Notes: generated from the letters alone by a model not told the origin. A DNA stretch of 63,389 bases, filler included, from Vannella sp. (GCA_023345925.1; 6 parts of 6 records of this genome joined end to end with filler, not necessarily neighbours in it); one strand, 5' to 3'; positions 38,201 through 51,811 are shown, numbered from the whole stretch's first letter. Made by a program: numbers and translations.

Positions 38201-39361
38201 ACTCTCAAACTCTCTGGACAGAAAATAACGGATTACTGTCTTCAGCGACTTGCCGGAAGCTGTCAAGGTCTAGAACACCTGGAATTGTTCGACTGTAGCC
38301 AAATAAGTGATAGCTCTGTGAACCGATTAGCACAGGCTTGCCCTCACCTTCATCACTTGGCTCTGTCCAACTGCAAGAACATCACTCCAAATGCTTTTCT
38401 TACTCAATTGGATGTTCGTTCTCTTCAGCAGCTTCAAACATTAGATCTTAGTGACTGTGTCAACGTTACTGATGTAGCGTTGGAGAGAATTGCTCAATCT
38501 TGTGTGAATCTCCAAAGCCTGAATCTCACTGCATGTGAAGGCATCACTGATCGAGGTATTTGCAAGATTGTGAAATCCTGCCGATTGCTATCCGAACTCA
38601 TTTTGACAAACTGCAAACTCATTACTGACACTTCCATTTCCTCAGCGGCCCAGCGCTGCCCTAAACTACGAACTATCTCGCTTCAAAACTGCTCTGAAAT
38701 TACCAATCAGAGCCTCATTGAACTTGCCAAACACTGTAACGCGTTGCAATTCCTGGATATCTCATTCTGTAGTGCCATCACAGATGCTGGACTTTCTCAC
38801 ATTCCCAACGGCTTTGCAGGCTTAAAAACTCTGAGAATGGAAGAAGTTCACCTTGTCACAGAGTCAGGAATACAAGCCATCTCTCATTGCAGAGAACTGA
38901 CAACACTTGACGTCAGCTACTGCACCTCTGTTTCTGACCAAGCACTGAAAGAGATTGCGAGAGGTTGCCCCCTCATGGAAACCGCCAATCTATCACGATT
39001 GCCACTTCTTACATTGCATGGGATTAATGTGGCATTGGAGCAATGGCCTCGCCTGCGCTCAATAGCCTTTTGCAGAAACACTTTCATCACGACTCTCGGC
39101 TTTTCCCACCCAACTTTGGAGCATCTCGATCTCTCTTGGTGCTCAAAAATAGAAGATTCAGGGATGATGGCTGTTGCAAAGGGCTGCCCCCAACTCCAAA
39201 AAGTGGAATTGGCGTGGTGCAATCAATTGACAGATGTTTCCCTCAGCTGTTTGGTTTCGCAATGCCCCCACCTCTCTCTGCTTAATATTCGCAGCTGTTC
39301 AAAATTATCTCCGGCATTCATAGCCCTTTTGAGCGCAAAAGGGTGCGATGTCATTGTGTAG
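35292..39361 (+). CDS. LRR (FBXL/AMN1-type) protein with inactive OTU-like domain; frame open to the contig edge
   Basis: About 20 LxxLxLSxCxxITD repeats; OTU-like NSQFRAFALQTYG..GDHVTLCALANVY..ILIYS; VPRLADRCL..LPEEL box. Confidence 0.88.
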
Positions 39362-39416
39362 AGCCCCTTTTCTGTCCTTTGACGAAGAAGACATCCTTGA
39401 TTGTTAATGAATTAAG

Positions 39417-40710
39417 TTAATGAGACACGTCTACGTCCCGAAGCTGGCTGCTGACATCCCAGTTGTTGCGCTGGATCTCAACAGTGAGGTTTTGGACGTG
39501 TGGGCGGAAGATGGATTGCACCCGTTGGAGAAGAGCCTGCTCATCTGCTTTGTCGGCGACGGTCAAACACATGCTTCCAACCACCTGTCCTGTTGCGCAG
39601 GTCCAAAAGTGATCCTGAGAGCATTCAAGAACACCCTCCGAAGAAAGAACCTCCCCCATGCACTTGAACAACTCCCGCTGGAGATTCTCTGGAGTGGCAA
39701 GCAACAGAATATCCTTCGTCTGCTTCACAATGGGGATGGAAGTGTAAATAATTGCCACTGAGATCACCATGGCCATTATTGGATCCGCCTGAGCGTGGCC
39801 ACTAAAGAAACTCGAGTCAGATTCACCGTTCTAATCAGATAATGACGTACTATTGGGTGCAGATGGCAGAGAATGTCACACCCAATGACACCAAATTATC
39901 CGTAATTAAACGAACCCAGAGCAACTCGCCCTGAAGGGCCTTTTTGCTGTCTTTGAGAAAGTGAGTTTGCAACATTGAGTCTCTCGACCGTGGCTCTTAC
40001 CTGAGCCTCGGAAGCTTTGGGAAATGAGAAGGCCCAGGAGGTTAATAATGCACCCAACAAGGGCGACCGCGGTCACTAGACCGCCAGAAATAGGCGATGG
40101 CTCGAAAAAACGTTCAACCGCGTGCTCCAAAGTGAACAGAGACACGAAGATCAAGAAGACTGTGCTTCCGAAGACGGATAGAACTTGAAGGCGTTGGTAA
40201 CCATAAGAGAAGCCGACCAGTGGCTCTCCGTCGCGGTCTCGCTCTGCCGCACCAGCCCAAAGATCCACTGCCATCCCTGCGCATTCGAATAGTGCATGGA
40301 AGCCAAGGCAAGCCAATCCTACCCAAACTGTTAGACGATGATGCTGTGGGAGCATGTCAGACCCACCCACGCTGTCAGCGAAGGAACTGGCCAACAAAGT
40401 GATCAAACTGTAGCCTGCACGAAGAAGCACGAAGACCAGGAGCGGTTGCTTCTCTGAATCTCCCCAAATCTGCTGCGCAACTTGAAGGAAGTACGTTCCA
40501 TCTGCACTGCGATTGAGAAGGGGAGAAGCAAAAGGGGAGTTCTTCACCTTTCTTTCGTTCAGAGCTGTCTCCCATTGAATAATCCGGAGGAACGTATGAC
40601 GGTGCCACACCGTATTCCCCTGCAAAGTGTTTCCGCGGACCACGAGCTACAAGGGACGGTCCGTGACCTTCAAAAGCTTCCGCATCCACCATCATTTCGA
40701 TCGCCGACAT
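39417..40710 (-). CDS. Cation diffusion facilitator (ZnT5/6/7-like zinc transporter), multi-exon
   Basis: GFHALFEC, FSYGYQRLQVLSVF, HAVERFFEP, ADPIMAMVI, ILLLATP, HFWT..G.VVGS, LTVEIQ. Confidence 0.88.
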
Positions 40711-40859
40711 CAGAACTGAAGACTCTGATTTCGTTCAAAACACCCAAGATTAATCAAAACACGACAAAGGAAACCAAAATGCCACCAAAAGCAAGAACCC
40801 AGCATATTTCATTATTTTTCGTGATGTGAAATTTTAGTGTGTATTAGGGACCCAAATTT

Positions 40860-40931
40860 AGGCTGTTAGCTCAATGGAAGAGCGTCTGACTACGAATCAG
40901 GAGGTTGTGGGTTCGACCCCCATACAGCCTG
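40860..40931 (+). tRNA. tRNA-Arg (ACG)
   Basis: Acceptor AGGCTGT/ACAGCCT, D arm GCTC-AATGGAA-GAGC, anticodon arm TCTGA-CTACGAA-TCAGG, T loop TTCGACC. Confidence 0.95.
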
Positions 40932-40936
40932 TCCTC

Positions 40937-40945
40937 TTTTTTTTT
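40937..40945 (+). terminator. RNA polymerase III terminator
   Basis: T9 run 5 nt after the tRNA 3' end. Confidence 0.8.
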
Positions 40946-40972
40946 GCGGGACAAAAGAAAGGTTGATAACTG

Positions 40973-42208
40973 TTACAAGGTCTTCTTGAAAGAGGAACCG
41001 AGCTTTTCTCTTGAATGTGTTCTGGGAGAGCTCGTGACCACTTGAAAGCCGCGGTGTACAACTAAGTAAGCTTGTGAGTCATCCTCTCGACACCCCATAG
41101 GATATCGCCGAATGTCATTCAAACCGCGAATAGTGACGTAAAACTGCTTGTTTGGCATCGGAACTGGGACTTGGAAGCGACCAGCCAGATAATGTTGTTC
41201 CAGCTGTTCCACCAATTCCTCTGGCAGCGGCATCCAATCGTCCCCATCAGGATTGAGGAAATACATTCCTCGCATCACTGGCCTCTTCGCACCGCTTGGG
41301 GACTTTTGGTACCTTCCGGGAATGTTCACGACAGCGTTTCTCGATCCTAACTTCACCTCAGAGACTCCCTGCTGATAGGATGACTCGAGAAGATCATTTT
41401 CTATCACATTATAGATCTTCCAGCGGTTGCCACCCCTTCTAAACCATCGAACACACGCCGGAGTCACATTTGGACTCTTCGCTAAGATGGCTGCGGTGCT
41501 TGTAGAGGAGAGTGTCGATCTGACAAGGTCAGGCAGTGCTATGGAATTAAGGAATTGCCCACCTTGAAGGCGCCCGACGCGTTTTGGGACTCAGAAGGGA
41601 CCGCCCATAATCAGATCCTCCCACAAAGGACGAACGCTTGCTCTCCGGGCTGCCAGGATCGCTTCGGTTCTCTGTTGCATCGTTACGGGGAGAGCGACGT
41701 TCCAGTTGGGGGGAGGAAAACTCTCCTTCGCTGGAATCGCACGAAGCCACTTGCCTTGTCGAGGAAGGCTTTAGCCGGGATCTGCTCCGGGTTCGAGAGG
41801 AGACCCTGATTGGGGGTGAAGCAGAGTCGCTACTGATGTTTTGTGATATCTCTGAGCCCCTTGGCGACTCCTGTTGAGCGCTGACGGCTTTGTGATACTC
41901 CTTTAGTTGGCGCTCGGTCTCCAGATCAGAGCTGAACTGCACGAGACGTGTGAACAACAAGAGACACTTGCTTTCAAAGATTCGACTCACCAAATGAGCA
42001 TGGAGTGGCTTCCCCGTCAGAGGACACGAGTGGAACCTGCGGACATGTTGAACGAGGCTTTGGCGGTCATAAACCGTCCCATAAAAGGTTCTCACTTCCC
42101 ACCAAGCATCAGAAGCCCCTTCTCCTACTAGACCAACGCACCTGGGTCCTCCATAAGCTGCCGCGAGAGCGGACAAACCAAGTGAGCAGGCCAACCTGCC
42201 TCGGCCAT
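40973..42208 (-). CDS. U-box protein with C-terminal tandem WWE-like domains, multi-exon
   Basis: Spliced MAEAGWPAHLVCPLSRQLMEDPVRTFYGTVYDRQSL....CPLTGKPL (U-box); VRWF....WKIY...NDLLESSY and MYF....WMPL....EQLEQHY (WWE pattern). Confidence 0.78.
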
Positions 42209-42322
42209 CACAAAATGTTCCCTTTCTGCCTTGGCAGAGCCCTTGGCGATGGCTGCTTCTGCTACTTTGATTGAATCTTTAGTAGTAACACCGAAGAAGA
42301 AGGGGAAAGGGGGCTGAGGGAG

Positions 42323-45300
42323 CTATTGGGGGACTTCAAAGGATTCTTGGAAGTTGTGCGGAGTCATGAGACAGAGTAAGTTGACGGGAATGATGTCCCG
42401 CATACCGTGGGAGATACGCAAAGCTTGCTCATCCCAAGAGGTCAATCGGGCACGGATAACAACGGAAGCATATTCCTGGCGAGTGTCATAGGTCAATGGA
42501 ACTGGTCCAGATGACTCCATTGTGGCTAGAGGGAAGTCAAGACTCTTAAGAGAAGCTTCAAATTCGCTAGGGCTAAGCTCGGACTGCACCAAGAGGTCCA
42601 TGGCACGCATAAATGGCTCATCAATGTGCCAGAGATCCGCTGGCTGGAGCTGTTCCCGGGCCAGTAGTTTGTACATGGGGAAGGCCAATTGCAAGGGCAA
42701 TGGTGTCCTTGTGCGGATGCTCATACCCATTAGCCGGCCAAGGAAGGAGAAACGACACCTTTGAGAGCGACTCTCTATTTGGTGAGAACTAAAGACGTAC
42801 TGAACGGGGTGTTCTCCCTCCACACGGGAACGCAGGGCTGGAATAAGAATATGAGCTTCCCCACTGTGCAGCTGCTTCACCAAATCAGATTGGAGGTCTC
42901 TCATGGCGACAATCTCGTCGGGCATTCGGATTTTGAAGGGATGGAAGTTCCCTCTTAACTCTTTGGCGTCAACAGGTTGAAGTTGCTTGCAATACTCAAG
43001 GAACAACACTGATTCTCTAGTTGTCTGGACTTTGATTTCAGAATCCTCCACGGAAGTCTTCCCAAGGAGTTTCCTGAACAGTTTTTGCTTCTGCTTGGGA
43101 AGGAGATAGTTGGTGATGTCTTTCACGCCCAATCTACTAAGGCTTTGAGAACTGGTCTCTAGTAGAGGGAAAGAACTCAAAAATTGCTCCGTTACTTGCT
43201 TCAATACGAACATTCGACGGGAAATCGAGCTTAGCTCAACTTGTTGGAGGCTTTTGTATCTTTCTGGAGTGCTTAGAGGGAGAGCAATGGACCCGCCAGA
43301 CCATTCAGAGGGGTCAGTTGTCCATACAACAGAATGCGAGGAGCCCGCAGAGATTTGCTTGGCTTTCTTCCCGACGAAGTAGTCTACTCGCTGAGGCAGA
43401 ATGATGGGATCTGCGTGGCCCAAACCCAATTGGCGTTCATTGTTGCTGCCCCAAGCGTAGACATCTCCATTGCTGGAGAGACTAAGGCAGTGCTGTGCAC
43501 CAGCAGAAATGTCCACGATTGTCACTTCTTCCAGCGCAGTGATAATTAACGGGAAATTCAAATGTCCATCATCACCATGGCCAAGGACGTTTCCATTATG
43601 GCGTCCCCAGCTGAGGATTCGCCCTGTGTTGGTTAAGCAAATGCAGAACTCTTCTCCGGCATCAATCTTTTTGATTACGTGACAAGAGAGCATCTCCACC
43701 ATGGTTGGTGCATTCTTGGCACTCACATCACCATGACCAAGCTTTCCATAATCTCCATCACCCCAAGACCACGTGGTTCCATCCACTAGAACAGCAAGGG
43801 TGTGAGAGCTCCCGCATGCCACCTGAGCAACGGACTGGCCATCAAAGCCATCTACCCTTTGGGGAGTGTTGTGTGACTCTCCATTATCATCGAGACCCAA
43901 GCGACCGTAGTCACCCATACCCCAAGTGTATAAGTCACCAGTAGAGGTAATACAAGCAGAATGCTTAAATCCACAAGAGATGGCAACAATCGTTCGGCCA
44001 CTAAGTGCATCCACTTGCTTTGGCTCGGAGCACATCGTGTTGTTTCCATGCCCCAGCTTTCCGTAGTCGCCATCTCCCCAAGACCAAAGACTTCCAGATT
44101 CATCAATGGCAAGGCTGTGGCCGTATGATCCTTTTGAGACAGCAATTTGGCGAATAACCACCTTTTGGATCGACGCTAGCTGCATCAATCTGGGCTGGTT
44201 ATCTGTGTTTCCCACACCAAGGCGACCATACTCTCCCTTCCCACAACTGTATACACACCCATCCTCTGCCAGAACAACCGTGCACATGCTTCCACAGGCT
44301 ATCTGCTTGGGCTGAAGAGCTGCTATAGACTCAACAGAAAGAGGCTCGCCTTGGAAGGGTTCGCTGGCCTCTGCAAGTTGTCCACTTTGAGAATAGCCAA
44401 ACATAAAGGCATCCACTGGGGGCGACCAATCCAATGGGAATTCAGATGTCCAGTTAATAAGCTCCTTGTCCATATCCTGGTTCCAGAGATGGTTATCCAA
44501 ATAGCTATCATCTTCAGAAGAGAGGGTAGTTTGACATAGTCGAATAAACTTGGAAGGGAACTGTGATCGATTGACTAAGGCTTTCGCAACTTCGATAGCA
44601 ATTTGGAACTGTCCTAACCACTCAAAAGCTATACTGTCATCACCACTCCAAGGGACAGGAAGAGACACCAACAAAAGAGCTAAGCTCTTCAGCAGAGAGA
44701 AATTCTCTCTGAACTTGGGGATTGGATCATTCTCTCGCTCGTATGCGATACTTGCTGCTTCAGGGATGACAGAGATGAGAGAGCTACTTAGGACTAGTCC
44801 TTGAATGTCCTCCATAACCTCTTCGTCTTCCAACATGAGAATGTTATGACTGCATGCAGCAATTATGTCCGCTTTTGTGTGGTCAGATAAGTTAGCAACT
44901 TCTATACAAGACAGTAACTTGAAGCAAGTGGTTGCTGGTATAGTCTTCCCGAGGATCTCAATAGTGCGAATAATGTGCTCCAAACTTATTGATTCAACTG
45001 ATCCGCTGCCCTCTGAGGAAACTGCTTGTTGGAAGTATTTGTCAATGTCCTCTTCAAATAACGACCCGTCCAAGTAGCCGATTTGCCTCAAGAACTGGCT
45101 GTGAGGGTGTTTCTCGGAAGGTTGACTTGACTCTGCAATTCGCTCCCAATCCCGGAGGTGGAGAATACTCTGGACCTGATGAAGCTGCAATCCCTCAAAG
45201 CAGCTGGCTCCAAAGTTCTTTGCAGAAGAGAGGAGCATTTGCATAAGCTCCCGCGCAACACAAATCGCATAAGCAGGCTTCAAATGCCCCTCAATCATCT

Positions 45301-48300
45301 CAGTGAGTAGGGAAAGATGCTTGCACCGGTGAAGAGCAACCACCAATACATGAGGTCGCTTGCACCGCTTCTTTTCCACTTGCCCGGAATTTTCTTTGCT
45401 GGGAGTCGTCACAAATTGACCAAAGAAGTGGTTAAACTGTGGAGGGGAGCCTTCACTGACATCATCCGAAGTTGGTAATGGAAACGCCAAAATGCTTTCC
45501 AGAAGTGTGGAAGAGAAAGTCCCTTCAAGGGTTGTTTGTTGCACTGAAAGTGGAAGATAATGCTCAGTCAGACGCGCTAGTAGTTGCGGTTCAACAAGAG
45601 AGTGAGGCAACAATGATTGGAGTGCTTGCACGCTTAATCGGGTCAATTGATCGCAAGGGCGCTCTATCAGCAAGTACTCCGCTAAACAAGTCGTCATTTG
45701 GCTGGTGTTCATTAGAAGGTGGGCTGGGAAAGTTTCTGTGTTTCGGAAATGAATGTGGTTTGTTGGAGTAGCTAGAGTGGTCCCTGAGTCAAAGCGAATG
45801 ACGAGCAATGGGCGAATAGGCGAAGAGACTAGTTCAATCACTGTTCCAAGACCCAGATACGAATGTACAACGCGGCTCCCGATGTGGAAGATCGTGTCAT
45901 TACATTTACCCAGAACTACCAGTGCAGCATGGCGAGAAGTGGTATCTTGATTTTGCAATTGCAGAGAGCGCTCTAAGAGAGTCTCAATCGAAGGCCGCCA
46001 AGCTTTTTCGCAACACAAGAGCCGAAGAAGGCTTCCCATTTCTTCTTGGAAAGCACCTGCCGCAGTTCCAAACTCTGCAGAGCTTCGCTCCGTTGAATCA
46101 GAGCGCTGGAATGAATACTGCGTAATTGAAGCACGAGCTCTAGTTGAAGTGGCGTAGAACAAAATGATTGGACAGATCGCATCCGGCAAGTTCTCAAAAG
46201 CAACGCCCAAACATTTACCATTCTTGTAGATGGTGAGTTGGTGCGTTGTCATATTGACCTCAATGCTAATGCAGTCATTGATTGTAAAGGGTTCGAGAGT
46301 GCCCTGTTTGCCTCCGTGGTAGAGGGCCCCGTTGTACGCCCTATACAACCACATCTCGTTGGTGGTCTCGAGATTCGTGGAGCCGAAAGTGAGAGCGCTG
46401 ACTCCAACACACAATGTCTCATCTAAATAGGCATCATGCCTTGAGGTGATCGTCCAACGGTGCACCCCACTGGTGATACAACAAGAACCGGTCACATATC
46501 CAGTACAACTGATTTCTGCCGGGCGGGACTGGCGGAAAGTGGATTCAGACCCTTCCACTACGGCCTTTTGGATTTTCTTATGCTGAAGAGAGAACCCATC
46601 TGTAGTGATCACTGGGCTTCCCCCTTGCAAGATACAATCAGGGAATTGCAAAGAAGACAGGAGCACATTGAAGAGTTGCTCTGTAGCTGAGGCCACTTCT
46701 TCCACTGGCAAAGAGGCTCCAACATGGACTAACGTCTGACGCAGTATCTTGGAGGCCATCAACCGATTTCCAAGAGAGCTTGATCGAAGAATCTTGAGAA
46801 GCAAGTAGAACCACTCCAAAGAGCTCATCTGAGTGCGAACAGCCTTCGACAAAGCGAATGTGGTACTGAACTGGAGGAATTGCCCAAGTCGAGCACCGTC
46901 ACCTTTCTCAAGAAGGTGAGTAATAAGCTTAAACAGTAAACTGAAAGCAGCCGGCTCTGGGCTTTGGCAGAGGCTCGCAAGCAAAATGCGGAAGTAGCTC
47001 GTGGCAACGTCCTGTAACTCTGTGAGAGTCTCTTGAGAAGAAGAAAGGATTGTCCAAAGCACATCAAGCACTCCTGCTTTCACAGCAAGATTTGGAAAGT
47101 ATTGAGTACCAAGAATTTTAAAGATACAGGATAACTCCCAAAGCGGGGCGCTGGTGAGTTGTTTCGATTCAATGGAAGATGTACAACTTCTCATGAGCTC
47201 AATCAGCGCCCCGAACAGCTCGCTGACCCTTTCGTTCATTTGAACAACAAATGCTTCTGGAGCACATTCCAAAAACTCGCTAATTCCGCCCCAAAAGCGA
47301 CCAGGAGGCGCGAAAAATGATCGCAGAACCTGCAACTGGACCGAGCGCAGGAAAGAGTTTTGTCTGATGAGTTGGGAGACAGCTCTAAGACATTCCGACT
47401 CAGTTTGAATGGTGCAGTTCAGCAGAGAGAGCACGTGGATTGGATACCCCTTCTGTTGTAACATCGCTTCAATTACCTCCTCAAAAGACCGGTTCTCTTT
47501 GGGAGCAATGACAGGAACTCGAATGCTGAGGTAGGTTTGCAAGTAAGAGGACTCCGCGATTGCTTTCTGAAGGGGGAGAGGGAGCTCGCATGGGAGATTT
47601 TGGGCATCTGTGACCTTCCTCCACTCCAGGGTGCGGAATGTCAGCTTAGCAGCTTCAGTTAGCTGATTAAGGTTTGACTGCTCGCTCGCATTGGCGAAGT
47701 TACATGCAGCATCCCAAATGGGCCCTAGAGAATCCATTTCTGGAGCATCAAGTAAGTTCAGTTGGCCATTAAATTTCAATAGGCAAGCAAAGAAAGCGCA
47801 AGCAAGCTGGTACCTGTCAGAGTCTGGCTCCAAATGATTCTGTAGCTTTTCAAACAGCTCACAAGGCTCTCCAGTTTCTAAGGCGTAATCTAGAGGTGAT
47901 TCAATCGTGAAGCAGAAATTGCATGCTCGTCGGAGATCATCCTTATCAATAGATGAAGAGGGTCGGTAGGAAAGATAAAGTCCCAGTAGTGATCCTGCAG
48001 TTCGCTCGACATTGACCAACCACTGGAAAGGATCCTCCTCTGGCTTTGGAGCAGATGATGACCAAACGAACTCAGTTTCCTCTGCCTGAAGAACTGGGAG
48101 GAGCGTATTGAGCTTGTCCAGGTGCTCAAGAAGGTCTAACAGGGGCACGATGAGGCGTTTGAATGCTTCCAAGTAGAAAGTAGCGATTTGGTTCGTATTC
48201 AAACGACCATTGAACTCCTTCCTTCTTACTTCATGAGCAATCCGCATCCCTAACAGGAACTTTGGGAAGATGTGATAAAGAACTGAGTCGCTGCGCAAGC

Positions 48301-51300
48301 ACTGCACTAACACTAACTTGAACTCTTCGGTTGGATTCTCCTCAACCAAACTCGTGGCAAGTTGAATCAGCCTGCAGCAGTGCCCCAATAACTCCGTGCA
48401 ATATTCAAATCCGAGTTCCTCCACCAGTTCTGCCTCTCCAAGCTCTCTTGTGCTATGCTGGAAAATAAGAATCCGTTGGTTCTCAGAACCTGTGTTGAAG
48501 TGGAGAAGCAAATGCTTCTGTAAATAATCTAAGAACGTCAGAAGAGATGAGCTGGACTCCTTTTCGTCAAGAGTGCGCCGATCCACTGCCAAGATGAGCC
48601 GACTCGAGCACTGACTTTCGATTCTTTGAAGCAAAGTATGGAAGAGGTTGGAGTGCTTCACTGGAGATGACTGCATGTTCACTTGTGAGAGGTTTAAAAG
48701 ATGGCCTTGTCCAGTGAAGCGGAAATGGCTCATCTCCCAAAAGACCCCATTAATATCGAAAGTGCTGCCCTCCTCTGCCACAGCTTCCAAGGTCTGACCG
48801 GTCACAGAAAAGCGTAGTAACTGATCTCCAAAAGACAGGGTGAGTCGAGACAACAAGCTGGGTGTCTGGAATGAGTGAATCGTATGTCCATTGTGATTGA
48901 TGGAGAGAACACCATCGGAAGACAAGTTCGCTTGCAAGAGAACGCTTTGATTGTTGTCCATGAAGACAAGCTCAATTTCGTGTGTCTCGTCAACGTTCCT
49001 CCTCACCTTTGGTTCAATTTCGATCAACACCACGTCGCCTGCTTTGACAGAAAGAGGTATCTCAATTGGAACAGCTGAAAGGATCGCCGGGAAGCCGATC
49101 AAGTTGTGATCCCCAATCAAAGAGGACACAAGAAGCTCAGACAGGAAAGTCTGGGAGCGCGAGAAATCGGTATTGGCATTGTCTTGAGGTGCCAGAAATG
49201 AAGAAAGCATTATCCTGCGCTCCTGTGCAGTGGGCAACAGCACCTCCCAGCCCACTTTGAAAGTTTTTTGGACAGCTTCTTGGACTTCCAGAGAGTCACA
49301 CCTATTCAGCAGCTGCAAGAGATTGTCCCGGAAGAATGCTAATAACTGTGAAGAAGATGAAAGCCCAAACTCCTTGGGATCACCAGCAACTGTTGCTGTA
49401 ACGTGGAAGAGATTTGTCAGGAGAATGTTCAGGCAAGCCAAAATTAGAACTTGTTGTTGATCCTGTGTCAAGTTGCTCTCCAATGGAGCCCCTCTAATTG
49501 CTGTGCAACGAGAGAGGATTTTCTGGAGCAAGACGAAGGTTTCTCCATTCAGGTCAATGCAGTAGGGCGCTTTCACAAGGCCACGTATTTTGCTCGTCTC
49601 TCGATCAGTTGGAGAGACCGTCCAAGCTGCAGAATGTTGAGATCCGGCAGCAATCTGCTTGATTCCTCGGCCCTGAAGAGATTCAATGAGAGAGGGCTTG
49701 GTAACGTTACCAGGGCTTCCATTCCCTAGTGATCCACCATCACCCCTGCCCCAGGAAAAGACCTCTCCTTTGGAAGAGAGAGCGATACAGTGATTGACCG
49801 CCTTTACATCCACAATAGTGTAGGCTTGCAAGGTCTCCACGATCTGAGGGATCAAAACGTCCACTGAAGAATCGTGTCCGTTATGATCAGACTTGCCCCA
49901 GCTGTACAGCTTTCCTTCAGTTGTAATTGCCAAGGAAACTTCATCTCCACACTCAATGACTGACATCATGACATCATTCAGTGCCACAATACGCTCAGGG
50001 ACGCGCTTGACGCTCGTGTCACCGTGCCCAAGCTTGCCATGGTCGCCGTCTCCCCAGGACCAGATAGCATCACCAGATTCAGATAGCACCATTGTATGAG
50101 AGTTTCCGCAAGACACTCGCTTGATTAAGACAGGTTGGCTGAACACCACCAATTTCGGAACACGAGCATTTTCAGAGTTACCATGGCCCAAGCGCCCATA
50201 ATCTCCCAGTCCCCAGGTAAATACTTGGCCTTCAGACGTGGTGCAAGCAGAATGCTTGTAGCCACAGCTTATGTCCGTAACAAGCTTCGATTTGAGTTCT
50301 TGGATCTGCTTGGGGGTGTTGCACTGAGCCACATCCCCGTGACCAAGTTTGCCATAATCTCCATCTCCCCACGACCAAATACCTCCATCCCCATCAATGG
50401 CCAAGCCATGACCGTAAGAGTTCTTTGAGGTGGCAATCTTAGTGATCCCCCTATCCTTAAAAGTAGTCAATTCAGTCAATGCAGCCCCTCCATCTGAGCT
50501 GCCAGTCCCAAGGCGGCCATATTCTCCCTTTCCACAAGCATACACAAGTCCATCCTCCGCTACAATAGTTGTGCAATACGAACCAAGCTCAATTTGAACT
50601 GGATTGCGAGCAGCAAAAGTACTGCAAAACAGAGGATCCGAAGCAACAGCACCCGTAAACGTATCACAAAGTTGCCCAGCAGAGTTTGATCCCCAAAGGT
50701 AGACAGAAGTCGGCTCGTGCGCTCGCTTGCCTTCTTGTGCGACACTATCCTCTGGAAGGTGTAAGTGACATGATAGCTCAATCAGGTTCAGAATGGCGAG
50801 GGCCACATCAAACAACAAAGGATCGCTGCTGCCAACCGCCAGCTCTTTCAGGTAACGGGCTACCCATGACGATGAGGTTCTTTCTGATCCTTCCAGTGTC
50901 GAGATACAGTACTCTAGCGGTCCGAGGGCACCAGAGGGGGTCTCTTCGACCAGGGTGCAACAAATCCACTGAAAGATCACGGCAGCTTGCTCACGAGGGA
51001 CCTGAATGCGAACCTCTTCGTGTAGGATATGCTCTACAGAATCAAGTAGGTACCTTAGGTATCCCCGCTGAGCGGCCAGCTGCAGTAGAAGAGAAGCTGC
51101 AAGTCTCTTGTCACTCTCCTTTGCCTCAGAGGAAGGCAAGATCGACCCTTTTAAGAACTGAGCTACTTTGTCAAGGCTCTCTTTTCCTAAGAGAGAGCTT
51201 TCGTGATGATAGAGGGACAAGGGAGGGAGTCCTGCGAGGATCTCGGTGGCGGTTCTGCGTCGAATAAGAAAGCTTCCAGAAGAGACAGAGCCGACTTACT

Positions 51301-51811
51301 CATAGACTTCTTCACTCATCTGACTCTCTGGGCGACGCCAAGAACGCTTAATGAGGGCAAAGAGCAAAGGGAGACCGGCACGGACCCCAATCACGGTGAG
51401 AGGGGAAGGTGTTGCCTCTTCCTTTGGCTTCTCGGGTGGTTTGAGTCTCTTCTTGAGAGGAGAAGGCTGTGGTGTGTTGGTGGTAGAGAAGGAAAGGAAG
51501 ATCCTTGCCAGAGTAATGAACTGTTTGTGCTGTAAGCGGGTAAACGGGGTGTTGTCACGCACAGAGCCTTGGTGTTGCCCCACAAGATCCCTCGTTAGAC
51601 GGTCCAAGTCCTCTTCAAGAAGGTCACCATATCCCAGGTGCTGAGAGGGATCCTCGTGGGAGCTGTTCCCGGCTCCAACCTCCGCTTGCAGTTCCCCCGA
51701 GCACTGAAGGAGCTCATAAGCGCGCTCTACCTCAGTCAAGGAGTACAAGTCTGCCAGCTCCATGTTGCGCCATTGCACATGAAACTCGCTCTTGATGGCG
51801 AGCTGGTCCAT
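42323..51811 (-). CDS. Giant HERC1/HERC2-like protein: two RCC1-like domains, SPRY, HECT N-lobe only
   Basis: IGVRAGLPLLFALIKRSW N-terminus, LLQLAAQRG.L, repeated SWGDGDYGKLGHG/TWGLGDYGRLGHG, SPRY MWLYRAYNGALYHG, FSFLGRLMGMSIRT; ATG 51811, one intron near 51250-51300. Confidence 0.9.
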
